Shown: in pieces, positions 1-12,402 of the stretch
How positions within the stretch are numbered: the stretch's first letter is position 1
Layout: every line of letters begins with the position of its first letter
NCBI GenBank assembly: GCA_000934665.2
Contig: KZ538857.1
Span: forward strand, 1-44,338
Reading direction: 5' to 3'
Source of the DNA: Catajapyx aquilonaris
Taxonomy: Eukaryota
Length of the DNA stretch: 44,338 nt
Made by a program: the position numbers and the translations under genes
Notes under the pieces: generated by a model
What the model was told of the DNA's origin: nothing
Database searches by the model: none
What the model saw: only the letters and a program-made list of their open reading frames with translations

Positions 1-1
1 A

Positions 2-82
2 TGGCCACCTCCAGTCAGCGCCACGGCGGGAATGAGTAACGGAACGCAAAATGGCGGCGAGTTTCCCGACCTCTCCTTCTAA
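2..82 (+). CDS. Probable 3' end of the last coding exon of an upstream gene (partial): ...WPPPVSATAGMSNGTQNGGEFPDLSF*
   Basis: Frame 2 is open from the window edge to TAA at 80-82 and reads like a protein C-terminus. Composition drops from GC-rich to AT-rich just after the stop, and AATAAA follows at 230-235 and 407-412. Protein not identified. Confidence 0.45.
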   Translation, partial: WPPPVSATAGMSNGTQNGGEFPDLSF

Positions 83-229
83 GACCGTGATTATGACATA
101 GAATACGTCGCATGTAACGTATATCTGATGATTCGGCACGTCTATTATTATTTTAATCGGCCTCATTTGAAGTTACTTGACAGGCACTCCTATTATTTTG
201 TGGACACATCTCATGCATGGCTGCATCTT

Positions 230-235
230 AATAAA
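230..235 (+). terminator. Candidate polyadenylation signal for the gene ending at 82 (alternative at 407-412)
   Basis: AATAAA about 150 nt after the putative stop, in AT-rich UTR-like sequence. Confidence 0.3.
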
Positions 236-758
236 GGCTGCTTCATTATTCGACTCTAGTCAGTCATGAGAAGGCGGTTTTATCCGCATTAATCCGACCA
301 TACCGTAGCCGACATTTTCTAAAATGGAAGCATAAAGAGGACCATTTCGTTAGTGGGAGCTGAAGTGTTAAATGGGAGTATCTTGGTCGGTGGCTGGATG
401 AGATTTAATAAAATAAGCCACGTTAGCCCAAATCAAGTGCTTCGAAATTTTTCATAAGGCGGGGTTTATTTGTCTGACGTGATTGCTTGCAATTTCAGCT
501 CATGCAAATGCGGGTGATAGGTCAAGCTCTGAATTTTACACAATGACCCCCCGGTCGCTGTAGCCTTTCCATTTTCTAAGCCGTCCTCCCATAAGTCAGA
601 ACTAATGGCTCCTAACGTCTACAGCGTAGAAAGCTAAAGCTTGATTAAAGGGGCCCTCGTGATCAACTGATTGGGCTTTTTCTCACTTAAGCTAATGTTA
701 CTGTCTGCGTAATGTTCACATGTTACGGGAGTTAATGCAGCAGGCAGTAATTATTTTG

Positions 759-810
759 AGGTAAAGATTGGGTTTTTAATATAAAAAAATGAAAACCCCA
801 ATCTTAACCT
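759..810. repeat. Imperfect inverted repeat (about 18-bp stem, AT-rich loop)
   Basis: AGGTAAAGATTGGGTTTT (759-776) pairs with AAAACCCCAATCTTAACCT (792-810), with one mismatch and one indel. Confidence 0.7.
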
Positions 811-913
811 TGTAATTTTACAAAGCAGTATCAGGGAGGTATACAGTTAATGTGCAGAATATATTGTTCTTTTATATTTTCCTAATTTTGCATTTTCTTT
901 TTTTCTTTTAAAT

Positions 914-1047
914 GCTGGGAGCATCAACTCAGCAAAACAAATCCGGCCGGATTGAGTATCATGTTCTTAATTGCTGATTGGTTTTGTTTACAACTAATGA
1001 CATGCACAATCCGGCCGGATTTGTTTTGCCGAGTTTGGTCCTCCAGC
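914..1047. mobile_element. Short foldback / MITE-like element (134 bp), superfamily unassigned
   Basis: Arms 926-954 and 1007-1035 are inverted copies (28/29 match). Looser pairing extends out to GCTGG/CCAGC (914/1047) and inward. Each arm holds the palindrome AATCCGGCCGGATT. No TSD found. Confidence 0.7.
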
Positions 1048-3156
1048 CCTGCAACCTTTCGTGCAAGAGGTTCTTTCCCCATAACAACTTTAATTGAGCA
1101 CTGTAACCTGTAGTACACTAACCACATGTTGATGAAACTGCTTCGTTAGGCATCGGGTGATTACAGTAATTCCTAATTGAAACTTGAAATTTCGCTCGAA
1201 GAGCTCTTGTTATCCCAAACTGCATTCGACCGTTATTTGATTCCAAATTATCCGTTATCATTAGAGAAAAATGTAGGGTAATTTAGTTAAGCAGCAGTGT
1301 AACTGGAAGAGTTGCATCTTCAATCCTGCTTTATCGCGAATGGAGTGGAGCCTGAAAGAGCACGCCTAAATGTAGCAGTCTATATATACGAAGTCTGTAG
1401 TTTTCTACAAAGTTTGTGCTCAATGCATTACTTGTTATTGTTTCCCCTCGAGCAATATGCATATCTGGAACAAGCTATATTTAGACACAGAGTACAACCT
1501 AAACAGCTTATAAACCGGGTATAACATTCTCCCAGTCGGTTCCAGCACAACCAGAGAGGACACATAAGACAAAAAGAGGATCAAGCCCACAGTTATGAAA
1601 TAGACATCAGATAAGACGCACTTTCCGCGAATTTATTCATTGCCGTCCTCATGTTTTACACAGGAGTCGTGACAAAATATGAATAGATTGTCCAAAAATA
1701 ACCTTGTGTTTTTTTTGTGTGTGTTCCTTGCCACCCCCTCATCCCAACAGGACCAGAATCGATCGTGGACTATAGCCCAAGGCTTGGAAGTCTAGAGATA
1801 GCCTGATGAGGATAACCCCAGGGTTCCTTTTCCTCGAGCCAAATTTTGCTCATCCAGGCACTTTTAGAGCACCTGCGACATTATTGGGGGGAAAGCCTGC
1901 TGCTGGTCGATACAGGAAGAAGGACGTGGAAGTCTTGTAGAGCCAAAAGAGGATGATGATGACTACAAGGGGCCTTTCCTTCGCTTGGACTAACGGGTCG
2001 CTTGCAATTACTTCCATCCGTCTCTGCTGCTTGGCTGGGATTAATTCCAGCCACCTTTTCTAGGATGGAGCCTGAATAATGAAGAGGCAAACAAATCGGA
2101 GGAAATTGTGTTGGCGTTGCATTGGAGGAGAAATGGGGGTTCAAGCCATATCATAGCTGGAGGAGAAAAGAGGAAGCAGAGGATATAGAGAGGAACAGTT
2201 TGTCTCCTACAGTTCAAGGAAATATGGAGTGTCGCAGTTGTTTCTCTTTTTTCAGCCTGGCAGGTTCAAAAATACATAAAAATGCTGCTGTTATATGTCT
2301 GGGCAAGCGGAGAGATATCGTATTTCGCGAAAAAAGAGAGAGGTAGTTCTTTTTTCAAGGAGCTGTTGGACCATTTTTCTGTGTTTTTGCTTTGATAAAA
2401 GGCCTCGTTAGATGCTTCACTACATTGGAGTTTATTTCTATTTATCTTACTGTAGTAGGTGGAGCGCGCATTTCTCGCTGTGTGTTGGCTTGTGAGTGGT
2501 TTATTGCAAATGCAGAGTAGCATTCCGGTAAGGTGCCTTTGCGCTTATGTCAGTACAGTATACCATTGCAAAGGCCCGTTGTGTATAAAATGGTTATAAG
2601 AAGAGGCTTGCGCCAAGTATACTTTTCTGGTATAGGAATAAGCTCGAAGCATTTCCTGCAGAATGTCCACCGGTCATATAATATGTGAAGTATGTGAACA
2701 GGTATGCTATTATAAAAATCAATGCTGTAGAGTGGAGAGCGATTTTGTGCACAGCATAGCAACAACGTGTAATTGATACAGCCCAGTACAGTGATCCACA
2801 ATAACCTGAAGTGCAGTGTTATTGAAACTTTTTAGAGGATAATGATGTTGAAGTATACGTACCAGTGTAATCGGCGTGTAATAATGATAAAAGCTATTGG
2901 AAATTCAAAGTGGCTGGAAATGGCTTGAACAATGCAATTGTTTTTTTTAAATCTATCTCTCCCTCTCTCCTGTAGTATACTCTCCTGTATAGTGTATAAA
3001 GCTCAGTTTAGGGATGACTCCTAACTCGTGAGTTGTCAGTACAAAGAGTCATGATCTTGTGCCAGTTTCTCACTGTCTTGAAACACTTTTGCACAAACTA
3101 GATTCTCATCTGCAAATTAGTATTCACCTCTCTGGACAGGTATACCTTGGGATCTG

Positions 3157-3198
3157 GAGTGTCATGTTCCCTCATGCTAATGGAGGAACATGACACTC
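3157..3198. repeat. Perfect 14-bp inverted repeat hairpin
   Basis: GAGTGTCATGTTCC (3157-3170) and GGAACATGACACTC (3185-3198), separated by 14 nt. Confidence 0.85.
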
Positions 3199-6100
3199 AT
3201 GCTACAGTGCACTGCTATTTGCATTTAATTAAATTCTGGGTTGGCAGTCGGACAGGTCTAGCAGGTGAGAAGATGTAGATTGAAAATAAACACATGGCAC
3301 CTGTTCAAACATAAATTTTTAAAAAGGAGTTTCATGGTTGTTGATATTTCCTCGCCTTTTTCGCCTTAAGTTGTGTATGATTTGCTGAGATGTGGTTATG
3401 GCTTCTTGGAAGATTCTGAGAGGAATTTTTGGCTTCAGGTTGGAGCATGGCAATCATAGCACGTAGCCTGCGGGAAGGATATTGAAATAGTAGATTGCGC
3501 TTCGGAAACGTCCCGCAGACGGGAAAGACCAAAAACTTGTTCACGAAGTTTTTTCGCCTCTGGCACGAGGTCGACACGTGACATTTGCAGAGGCGCCACC
3601 TCAGCTGTACCGAACCAGACCAACAGGACAGACGTCTGTCTGGAAATACCTCTGGAATTAATTAAACACGGGCTATGCGGTAACGAGCGACGCTAATCTT
3701 GGTAGGAGGATGGTGACAGAAGGGCTCCAAGGGGATTATTAAGCGGGCCAAAACCAGGACAATCCGAACTGGTCGATGTTATTGGCAGGTATGTCTCATC
3801 TCGTTTGAATCCGCACGATGCATATGGTCGAAATGCCATGGGAACTGCTATCAACATCATTACGAACTTAGTCGGACATGATACGCATGGGAACAAGCAG
3901 CGAGCGACATTTCATTCCGGGTGATTCGTTAGCGAAAAATTGGTTCCGTCAGAATCTGGGTATGTGGAAACGGGGATCTAAATCGGCTACGTAATTGTCT
4001 GAATTGATTTTTTTTAACGACAGTGTATCATCTGCGTGATATTATCGCAGACACTTTCACACACGCGGCCTTGACCGTGATAATAGGCTACAGTACTGCA
4101 GTACTGTACACGAAACAATGTTGAACATGTTGCGAACCGGTTGCGAAGAATGTTTTGGTACTTTGTATTTGTAATAATTAGTGCAGTACAGTGGGTCGCA
4201 GCAATTATCTTCAGGTTCAGTGACAATTAAACTGAATAATGAATGAAAATTAATAATGTGGGAATAAAACAAAACATGAATGAATATGACTGAATAATTG
4301 AACGAATCTCATGAATAAATTATGCAAATACATTTTTTCTAATTTTATTTGATATTTCGTGTTTAAAATGCGTAAAATAAACTGAGGCACGTGAGGTAAC
4401 AACTCATACGTTGTATATACATAATTACAGTTTATGCACGTGAAAGGAAGAGCAACCGATACTCTTGGTTAATTTATCAAGCAAAAAAGCACACATCGGC
4501 CTATATAAATACTTCATTATAGGCATGGATTTGCGACGAAAAACCTCCTCCCGACGCATAATCATAATTCATCCATTGTTAAGATAATTATCCTACTGTC
4601 AGCTGGTACGGTCCAGAGCTGTCGGCAGATACGCCGTGAGATATTACGTCCACCTCTGCCCGGCCCCCTTCCGCCAAATACCTGACCCTCGAATAACTCA
4701 ACTAAGTTTTTTCCCTGTCGGCGTACCCACGAGCACACTCTCACAAATACGGCTTCACAGCCCCATGGGCCGTGCTGCAGAATTATTTTCACCCAACACA
4801 CCCACGGAAGCTCGCCATCTCTGTGCCTATTTTTCACAGTTTATCCCTCATCCAGCCTCACTTGTTTTCCTCTCTGGACGCTCTCCGCAGTGCCCGTTGT
4901 TTGGCTTTCCGCAGCGACAGCTCCACACATATACAAGCATATAGGAGAGGGAAGTGCACATCAGCAGCATTGTTTTACAGAGCCGCCTCAATGCAGCTAC
5001 CCACAAAGATTGTCGTTGTTTTAAGTGTGGCTTTTTGTCTATGCAGGTACTTGTGGCAAATTTGGACAAATTTTCCTAGAAGCTACATATATGACACTAT
5101 ATGCTAAGCAGATGACAGCAACAATGCCGTCGAAGGGAGTAGGTTAGTTCGAACCTTTTTGGCTTGATCTGTCCTTTATAGTGTGATTCCCAGAGCACAC
5201 AGGGCCCGAGTGCCGTTAGGGGAGTATTCTTTTACACAACACTGTAAATCCATGCTGCTATATGGAAATACAATTTTGCATTTGATCCAGACCAAAAAAA
5301 GGGTCAACGTCCCTGGTGACATCCTTTCTTCTTTCGCTGAAACCTTCACTGCGAGCAAAGTTTTCCCAAGCCGCCTTTGTTATGCACCGGGTGTGCAAAA
5401 TTCAGCAGTCTCCAATGCACGCTGCGTGCATGACTAGTGCCACTGTAAGATGTCCTGCAGGAAAATAGTCGGGTCAACAGTGAATTCCCTTAGCACCACT
5501 CATAATAATTACCCTCGTAATGTTTTCCACATTATCATGGCATCAAAAAAGCATGTACAAAATGCTACAACACTTCTGATTTTATTTTTCCTCCCACTTT
5601 ACCATGTCGAAAGTGCAGTTTTGCGAGCCATTTTGTATCTGGATGCAAATAGGGGCTCAGTTTTTCGTATGCGAAAAAAACAATAAGGGGTCTCAATTTA
5701 CTTGTGCCCCGTGGTATATGCATGCGGGGGCTCGAAAGACGGGAGAGCTGATCGAAGGGTTCCCATGCATGGAAATGAAGTTCTAGTTGTGAAACAGTTT
5801 GGATCGATACAACATGGTAGATTCATCATTTCCACGCGGAACACCAAAAAACACTTTATCAGATTTGGGTGGCAATGCGGGACAAAAACAACAACATTCC
5901 CCAGAAAAAATCTACATTGCTATTTTTGTCTTCTCGATCATTAGATTCTCGATAAAGGAAAGATGCGGAGGAAAAGTTTTCTAAAGAGAAACTGCGGAAA
6001 TTATCTTCAAACCGTGTATTCCCCGGAGACAAAATGCGATTATTTTCCTTTGCCCTCTGATGTTGCGTTTGAAGCGATGTTTGATATCGGGATTATTTTT

Positions 6101-8722
6101 CCCCGGATTCTATAGGCTATAGCTGTGCTGTTGTGAAAGCACCGAGCGTTCTCGCTTTGTAATGCAATTAATGCAGAAAGGCACAAAATTTAAACAGTTT
6201 GATTGGGTTTCACCTCCAGTTAATTAGCCATCCCGAAATTTTGCTGACTGAGAGTGGATTCTGCCAGCTTTTATGAATGGAGCGTTATAACTGCATCGAA
6301 ATAACCGAAGGCCAAATATTTATAAAACAGTCAAAAATAGTATGCCGCCTTCAAACCAACTATATATGTGCTTGGTACATAAATATAAAGAGACGGGGGT
6401 GGAATGGAATGAATAACATTCCAGCTGACCGTACGATATTGGCTGTCCATAGCTGAGTATACTTTTTTTCATACTGGACAGTCGATGAGCATGTACAATA
6501 TGGCGGCGAATATAACGGAAAATTTTGCGCTACAGACAGGTTTGAAGTTTGAATTTATCGGCCTCTTTTGCGACCTCATTCGAACTTGCAGACTTCCTCA
6601 GCCAACCTTTTCGGCAAAAAAATGCTTCCAACTTTTCTCTCTCATTTTTATATAAAAAAAGTGCAAAATATGGATTCACCGATATTCTTGTGCCACCTCA
6701 GACACACTTTCCGCTCTGCTTCCTCCTAGAAATATTTCATTTCGCCACATCGAGGGGGGGAGAGGCGCTGAGATTGGCAAAGAGATACACAGCCGACATT
6801 CTGCCTAAATAAATTACCGGATGCCCCCCCCCATCCCTTTGATGAGAGTCCCTGAAAAGAGACACGATGAATGCAAGTCCATCCCTCTTTAAAGCATCAA
6901 ATTTGCACATTTTCTGAAGGGGTATAGGACACACTTTTCCCAAAGGTATGCCCTTCAGCCTCCCATTTTTATATAATTTTTTTTTTGTGATGGAATATTC
7001 TGAGTACATGGGAGGATTGGAGCGGCAGTGAATTTAAATGTGAAAACCAAGTCCGACCCAGTTTTATTTGGCTCTCAGACGGGTCCGGCTGAAGCGAGCT
7101 TTCCATGTAAAGTAGGTGTCCGTGTATACCCGCCTGGCTAGTAGAATTATAGTGTGTATGGCGCCTGTTTTTGCGGCGGGGGCCAACGTGGGGCTGCCGG
7201 CCACAGGGCTATTAGGGACGCAAACATGGTGGGAAGTCGAGTGAAATAAGGGGGGATATAGATTCAGACTCATTGTTGGAATTTGCGTGGCTTTTAACCC
7301 CGATTTTGATCAGGTTGGTGTTGGTGCGTGAAACACCAGGCGCGCATTGTTGTGTCACTTGACTGAAGGCGTGGTGTCGAACAGTATACAGGCTGTGGCG
7401 AATGGCATTGACGTCTCTGCCGCATGTTCGGTTTGACGATAGATTATCTGGTCCATGAGTCACTTATTTATGCTGATACCAACCAGTGCGTTTGGATTTT
7501 CGTAGACGGCATTATTGTGCTTGTTTGGTGAATAATATATTTTTAAACTATTTATTTGCTTGGAAAATCCAGTCGGTCCACCATCCCTACTATTGTTTGG
7601 AAATGCAACTATCGTATCTCAGAGTGCGTGTGGAGGCGGAAAAGCGTGCCCTGCCACCTAAGTGCCAGTTGTTTGTTCCCTTCTGGCTGGGATGGGCAAC
7701 ACGAAGGAATTAATGATATGCGCTGTGTCGAAAGCAACCGTGTGCAGCTGGACTAGTAAAGTGGTAATGGCCATTGTTCTAGGAGCTGTCGCCTGGGGAA
7801 ATGATAGACGTCAGTGAATGACACAACTGCATGTGTAAGCGTAATCTGCAGAAGGCATTGTTGACGGGATCCATATACTTACAGTATATCATTGATGCAT
7901 TATTGTCAAAGGAGATTCATAGTTGCTGTATGTGAACAACCATCATTCGCATTCCATTTTCGCAACGAGCAGCAGTAGGCTGATAATAAAATTCGTGGCA
8001 TTATCACCATGCGATCATATCACCAATGACATGGCATTTCCGTCCTTTTCACAGCCAGTGCAAAGCAACAAGCCACTTATAGGTGGCAGGGGCGTACAGT
8101 ACATAAAACTTTGAGACATAAATAATGTTTGAGTTACCAAACAAGCGTAAATAATGTAGGCTATAAATAAATATGAAGACTAAAACAGTATGAAGCTCAG
8201 TTCATGACTCATATTGACCGTTAGGGCTAGAATGCATGAAGTTGGCTTGACCTGCACGCACTTTTTAAAAGCATTGCAGAAAGTTGTGCATTTTCAAACA
8301 AATGGTACAAAATGTTTATACTAAACAGACGGAGTGGTACCAAACGACTTGCAAGCGCTGTGTTTTATACTGAATTTGGTATACCATTCCAATACTACTT
8401 GATTAGTTTTGTTGCTACATGTGCAGTCTAAGGAAGCAAAATTAATAAGGAAGAAGAGGTACCAAAATGAGACACTGGGAAAGGATGATGGTGGAGACGA
8501 TTGCTGTTTATGTAACCGACAACTCATGGTTTACTCTTCTCGTATTAACCCGAAATAACTATTGACACATTGTGCCGAAGGAGTCAAATCATTCGTAACC
8601 ACACTCTATCAACCTTCTGTCTAGATTATTAGCCCCCCAAAATATACTCTCTTTGTCGCGTTATGATTAATGGTGCACATACACCCAGCTTGGTAACCCC
8701 TGCCCAAGGCCTGTAGACCGAC

Positions 8723-9247
8723 TTGAGTTTCAAGAGCAGATCAACTTACACCGTCTTCCTCAGTCTATCATGTCTGAAACGATCAGCCCTTCAATACAAA
8801 CATTGCCGACACTCTCCTACTTGCAGTAGCCTACAGTACATCTCTATCAGAGTCGAGATTGCATGGGGAAGACGCATGCTGATAGCAGGCTGTGTGCAGA
8901 AGATTTGTGCACCTTGCCACGAAAGTGACAAAACGTGTCTGAGATGTGGAAGCACTTTATGTCTGGAAGCGCGGAATAGTACGGAGTCTATGGACTGCAT
9001 AATGCCTACCTGGTGGGAATTTACACACCTGACACTTGATGGTCCATATAGGCTGAGATGTAGGGCATGTAGGGTAACGATGGAAGCAAGATCCCAATCC
9101 GAAAACTTTCTCCGTCCAATCAGAATTCTGGTTTTCTTATTTGATCGGATTTCCTCCATTGACTATACTGAATGTCCTGTATGTTCTGCTCATGGTCCGG
9201 AAAAAAGGCTCCAAAGTTGCTTAAGCTGTACTTATCATATCTTGTAG
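8723..9247 (+). CDS. Cys-rich ORF or exon, possible zinc-binding (degenerate RING / zinc-ribbon-like) protein
   Basis: Longest gap-free ORF in the window (174 codons). It has 16 Cys, 10 of them in five CxxC pairs (CAPC, CLRC, CRAC, CPVC, CLSC). The listed start is TTG, the first ATG is at 8876, and a possible acceptor TCTCTATCAG ends at 8850. No family recognised. Confidence 0.3.
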   Translation: MSFKSRSTYTVFLSLSCLKRSALQYKHCRHSPTCSSLQYISIRVEIAWGRRMLIAGCVQKICAPCHESDKTCLRCGSTLCLEARNSTESMDCIMPTWWEFTHLTLDGPYRLRCRACRVTMEARSQSENFLRPIRILVFLFDRISSIDYTECPVCSAHGPEKRLQSCLSCTYHIL

Positions 9248-9939
9248 ACTTAGATAAAGTTATTTTGCATTTTATGTGAAAATGATGTTGGCAGCAGTGT
9301 TCGCCTTTTCGTTTTCCGTTTGGATCAAGAATTTCTCATGTGCACCGAGCGGTCGACTGCAGAGCTAGTCTGGTTGTTTTCACTTGTTATTGTATGTTTG
9401 GTTGAACAACGAGGGGGTGCGGTTTATTGAGCAAAAATACAACTACTACACACACACGTTCGATACAACCCCGGTTTATTGACAACAACAGGGCTGTACT
9501 ATGCAACTCACATTGAGTATAGATGGCACTGTTTACCAACCAGTCGAGTGGAAGTGAACAGTGTTAATCCCTGTCGGGGCTTAAACGTTTGTGCCAAATT
9601 TATTGGAAACCATTGAAATGTCAAGCCTGTGTCGTGGCGGTAAAGAGGTGACCCCCACAGGCTGTTTGCTGACTCCTGTTGAGTATACACCAGAGGGCCT
9701 TCTTTACATGGAGGGCGGATGCAAAGAGGCACGTAACAATGCTGGGATCAAGTTTGGCGAAGTGTAACAATAGGACGGAGGAGAAGACATGCACCGAGGC
9801 AGTTGGCGGAAGATAATGCCTCGCATCCTGTTAACTGATGAGGATTTGTGTCCTTGGAGCATTGAAACACTAAATTAAATTTCACATGGTGCCGCTTGCT
9901 CTCGCAGCAGACTTTTAGTGCGATGGTAGTAGGGGCATA

Positions 9940-10005
9940 GGGGGGGGGGGGGGNNNNNNNNNNNNNNNNNNNNNNNNNNNNNNNNNNNNNNGGGGGGGGG
10001 GGGGG
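9940..10005. other. Poly-G tract interrupted by an assembly gap (38 N, 9954-9991)
   Basis: Seen directly in the sequence. Confidence 0.95.
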
Positions 10006-10748
10006 CTGGCTCTATCGATTTGCAATTTTGGCACTGGTTCTGCCTGCGCAATGTTCGCCATCCATTTTCTCCACTTCTCCCCCCGTCCGCCCCCGCCGAA
10101 AATTTTTTGGCCGATTTTTTGGGGGATGAAAATATATATATTTGGGAGGGTACGGTGAGAGAGATCTTGGATTTATTTATTCTGAAGTGATCGGTTTTTC
10201 ATCAGCGAGATGGAGCGTGGAAATTCGAGTCGAGTTTGGAGTAGTTTGTAATTCCTGGCCGCCATATGCACCGGGTTGGAAAGTTTGGGAGGAACCGCAC
10301 TCATTAGGGTTGTGGAACCTTGGCAATATCCTTGTCGAACTATTTCCTCGAATTGGGATGAGAGTTTCATCTGATGGTCCGGAGTGATCGTGGGCTATGC
10401 AGTGTTTCAGGTTGGGCTTACAGTGCGAGGAACACCGTATGGTATAGCTATAGTATAGCTATACAGTATACAGTATACACCGCAGCGTATAGGGCCAATT
10501 TGTATGTATATTATGCTGCACTGCGGGTCAAATAAGTTGGTTGATGTGCTTTTGCACCCGACAGTTGAAATGCAAGAGGCAACTGTAATGTTGATAATTT
10601 ATATTGAGTGGGCCACGTAAAAGTATAGGCTACTAATAAAGGCCGTCCATGGCAGTGAATGTTATATGCTGCGAAGTGACACGTGTAGTCATTACTATTT
10701 ATTTATTATTTATCTACAACTTCGAACACTTGCAAGTTTGGAGGTGGG

Positions 10749-11059
10749 CAGCGCCGGATTTACCCCCCCCCCCCCCTGACGCTTAAAATGCAAATTTTTA
10801 TTGTGTTCTCCCCTTCATTTAATGTTATTTTATTTTAAAATGTTATATTGAAAGTTATGGCCGCCCAGAGGGCCGCCCTTCGGCAATTACCTTTTCTGCC
10901 TGTAGTGGTAAATCAAGCTCTCAAAAATGCGATTTTCTTTGTGATCTCGCCTTAATTTTCTATTATTGTATTTGAAAAATATTATTTATGGCAACTCACC
11001 CTACAGGGCGGCCGCCCCTAGGCCAGTGCCTACTGTGCCTAATGGGAAATCCGGCGCTG
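10749..11059. mobile_element. hAT-superfamily MITE (311 bp)
   Basis: TIRs CAGCGCCGGATTT...AAATCCGGCGCTG (13 perfect, 15/16 extended). Exact 8-bp TSD GAGGTGGG at 10741-10748 and 11060-11067. Internal GGCCGCCC repeats. Short TIRs with an 8-bp TSD are typical of hAT. Confidence 0.88.
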
Positions 11060-12201
11060 GAGGTGGGGAGAGAGAGAACAACACCCTGTAGCACCTGACG
11101 GAATAACAAAATTGAACCATGTTTCAAAAACATGAAATGCAACGTACTGTATACATTCATTAGTTTAACAGCATCATAAAGTAACGAAATTAAATATTTA
11201 TTAGGACACAAAACTGCATAGCCTATGAAATTCACCAGGAGGATATAAGAGAATATTTTACGTTATACGGAACCTGGGAATAGATTACAAATCAATATAA
11301 TTTAGTTCGTTTAATGAGCTTTGTGCATACTGATTCAGTCGGGATTGTGTATTTTATTGTTTTCAACTGTAGTAGCATAGTAAATCCTATAGGGGCTCGA
11401 GTTTGGTTCCATAGGATTGAGCGGAGGATTTTCCATATGAAGGGTTTCTAATGGATTGCTTCTCGCTGCTTGCTTTTGCTTTCAATAGGTGTTTATACTT
11501 ATCTTGCTACGCAAGTCGCATAAAGGTTTTCCAATAATTGCGATTTTTAGTCGATTGGCATGAATAAATGATCGTCCTAAATAGTCGCAGTATAATCTCT
11601 GATGCCAAATATAGTAACCAGTAATTGATTCCTTGGGAATGTTAGGCTTCCACTTGCTTGAATAATTTAATAGAATGCGCGGGTGCATTAACCAGGTAAG
11701 TGCGCAGACCTTGTGGCGAGTTGATTCTGTATTGCCTTATAACTACAAACTTCGTTTCCTCTCAACTGTGGCTCCGGAAATTAATAATGCAACAGGGCCA
11801 AATATATGGGAATGCACAGGAATAGTTCCGCCCACACTCCAGAAACACCATTTTTTACACAATGTTATTACAGCTGCTCACTCAATTTACACTGAAACTA
11901 TCCGGAAGCCTGTTTCCGCCAGAATCTCTATAACATAGTTCAATGAAAAGTTTGTGCTACTGAAACTGCCTGTATCATTATTAGAGGGAAAATGTAGCAG
12001 CAAGTCATACTCTGGACAACCAAACAAGTTATGTATGCATGGAAGTATTATATTTAATCAGTTTGAAGGGAAGTTAAAATTATTTCGACCCTAATTAGAC
12101 ACGACTACGTGCTTCAAAAAAAAAAGTTGTGCGAAACTGTGGAACGAGGGTACCTATCCAGGTTTGAAAAGCCTCCTGCAACTTGGTGAAAAAGGTCATC
12201 T

Positions 12202-12402
12202 AAAACCGCACTTTTTATGGACCATTTCAATGCTCGCCACTGGGCCGTATGGCAAAAATGGTCAAATGGATCCGAACCTGGAAGCGAACTAGATCCGCTG
12301 TTGGATGACATTTTTCGAGAACGTTGCACAGGACTTTTCGACTCGAAATGGTGCCATGATGGCTTCCATACAGCCCACTTGAATTACTATCGCCAGCCGT
12401 AA
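12202..12402 (+). pseudogene. Possible decayed APE-type endonuclease fragment of a non-LTR retrotransposon
   Basis: KTALFMDHFNARHWAVW...GSELDPLLDD resembles the LINE endonuclease segment GDFNA-H-xx-W...G-x-x-L-x-x-L-L-D, but the catalytic GD is DH and no RT is visible nearby. Confidence 0.2.

Noticed and set aside
9940..10005. Functional G-quadruplex at poly-G tracts (also 43500-43524)
   Set aside because: The tracts coincide with N gaps or ambiguous bases, so their length and sequence are unreliable.
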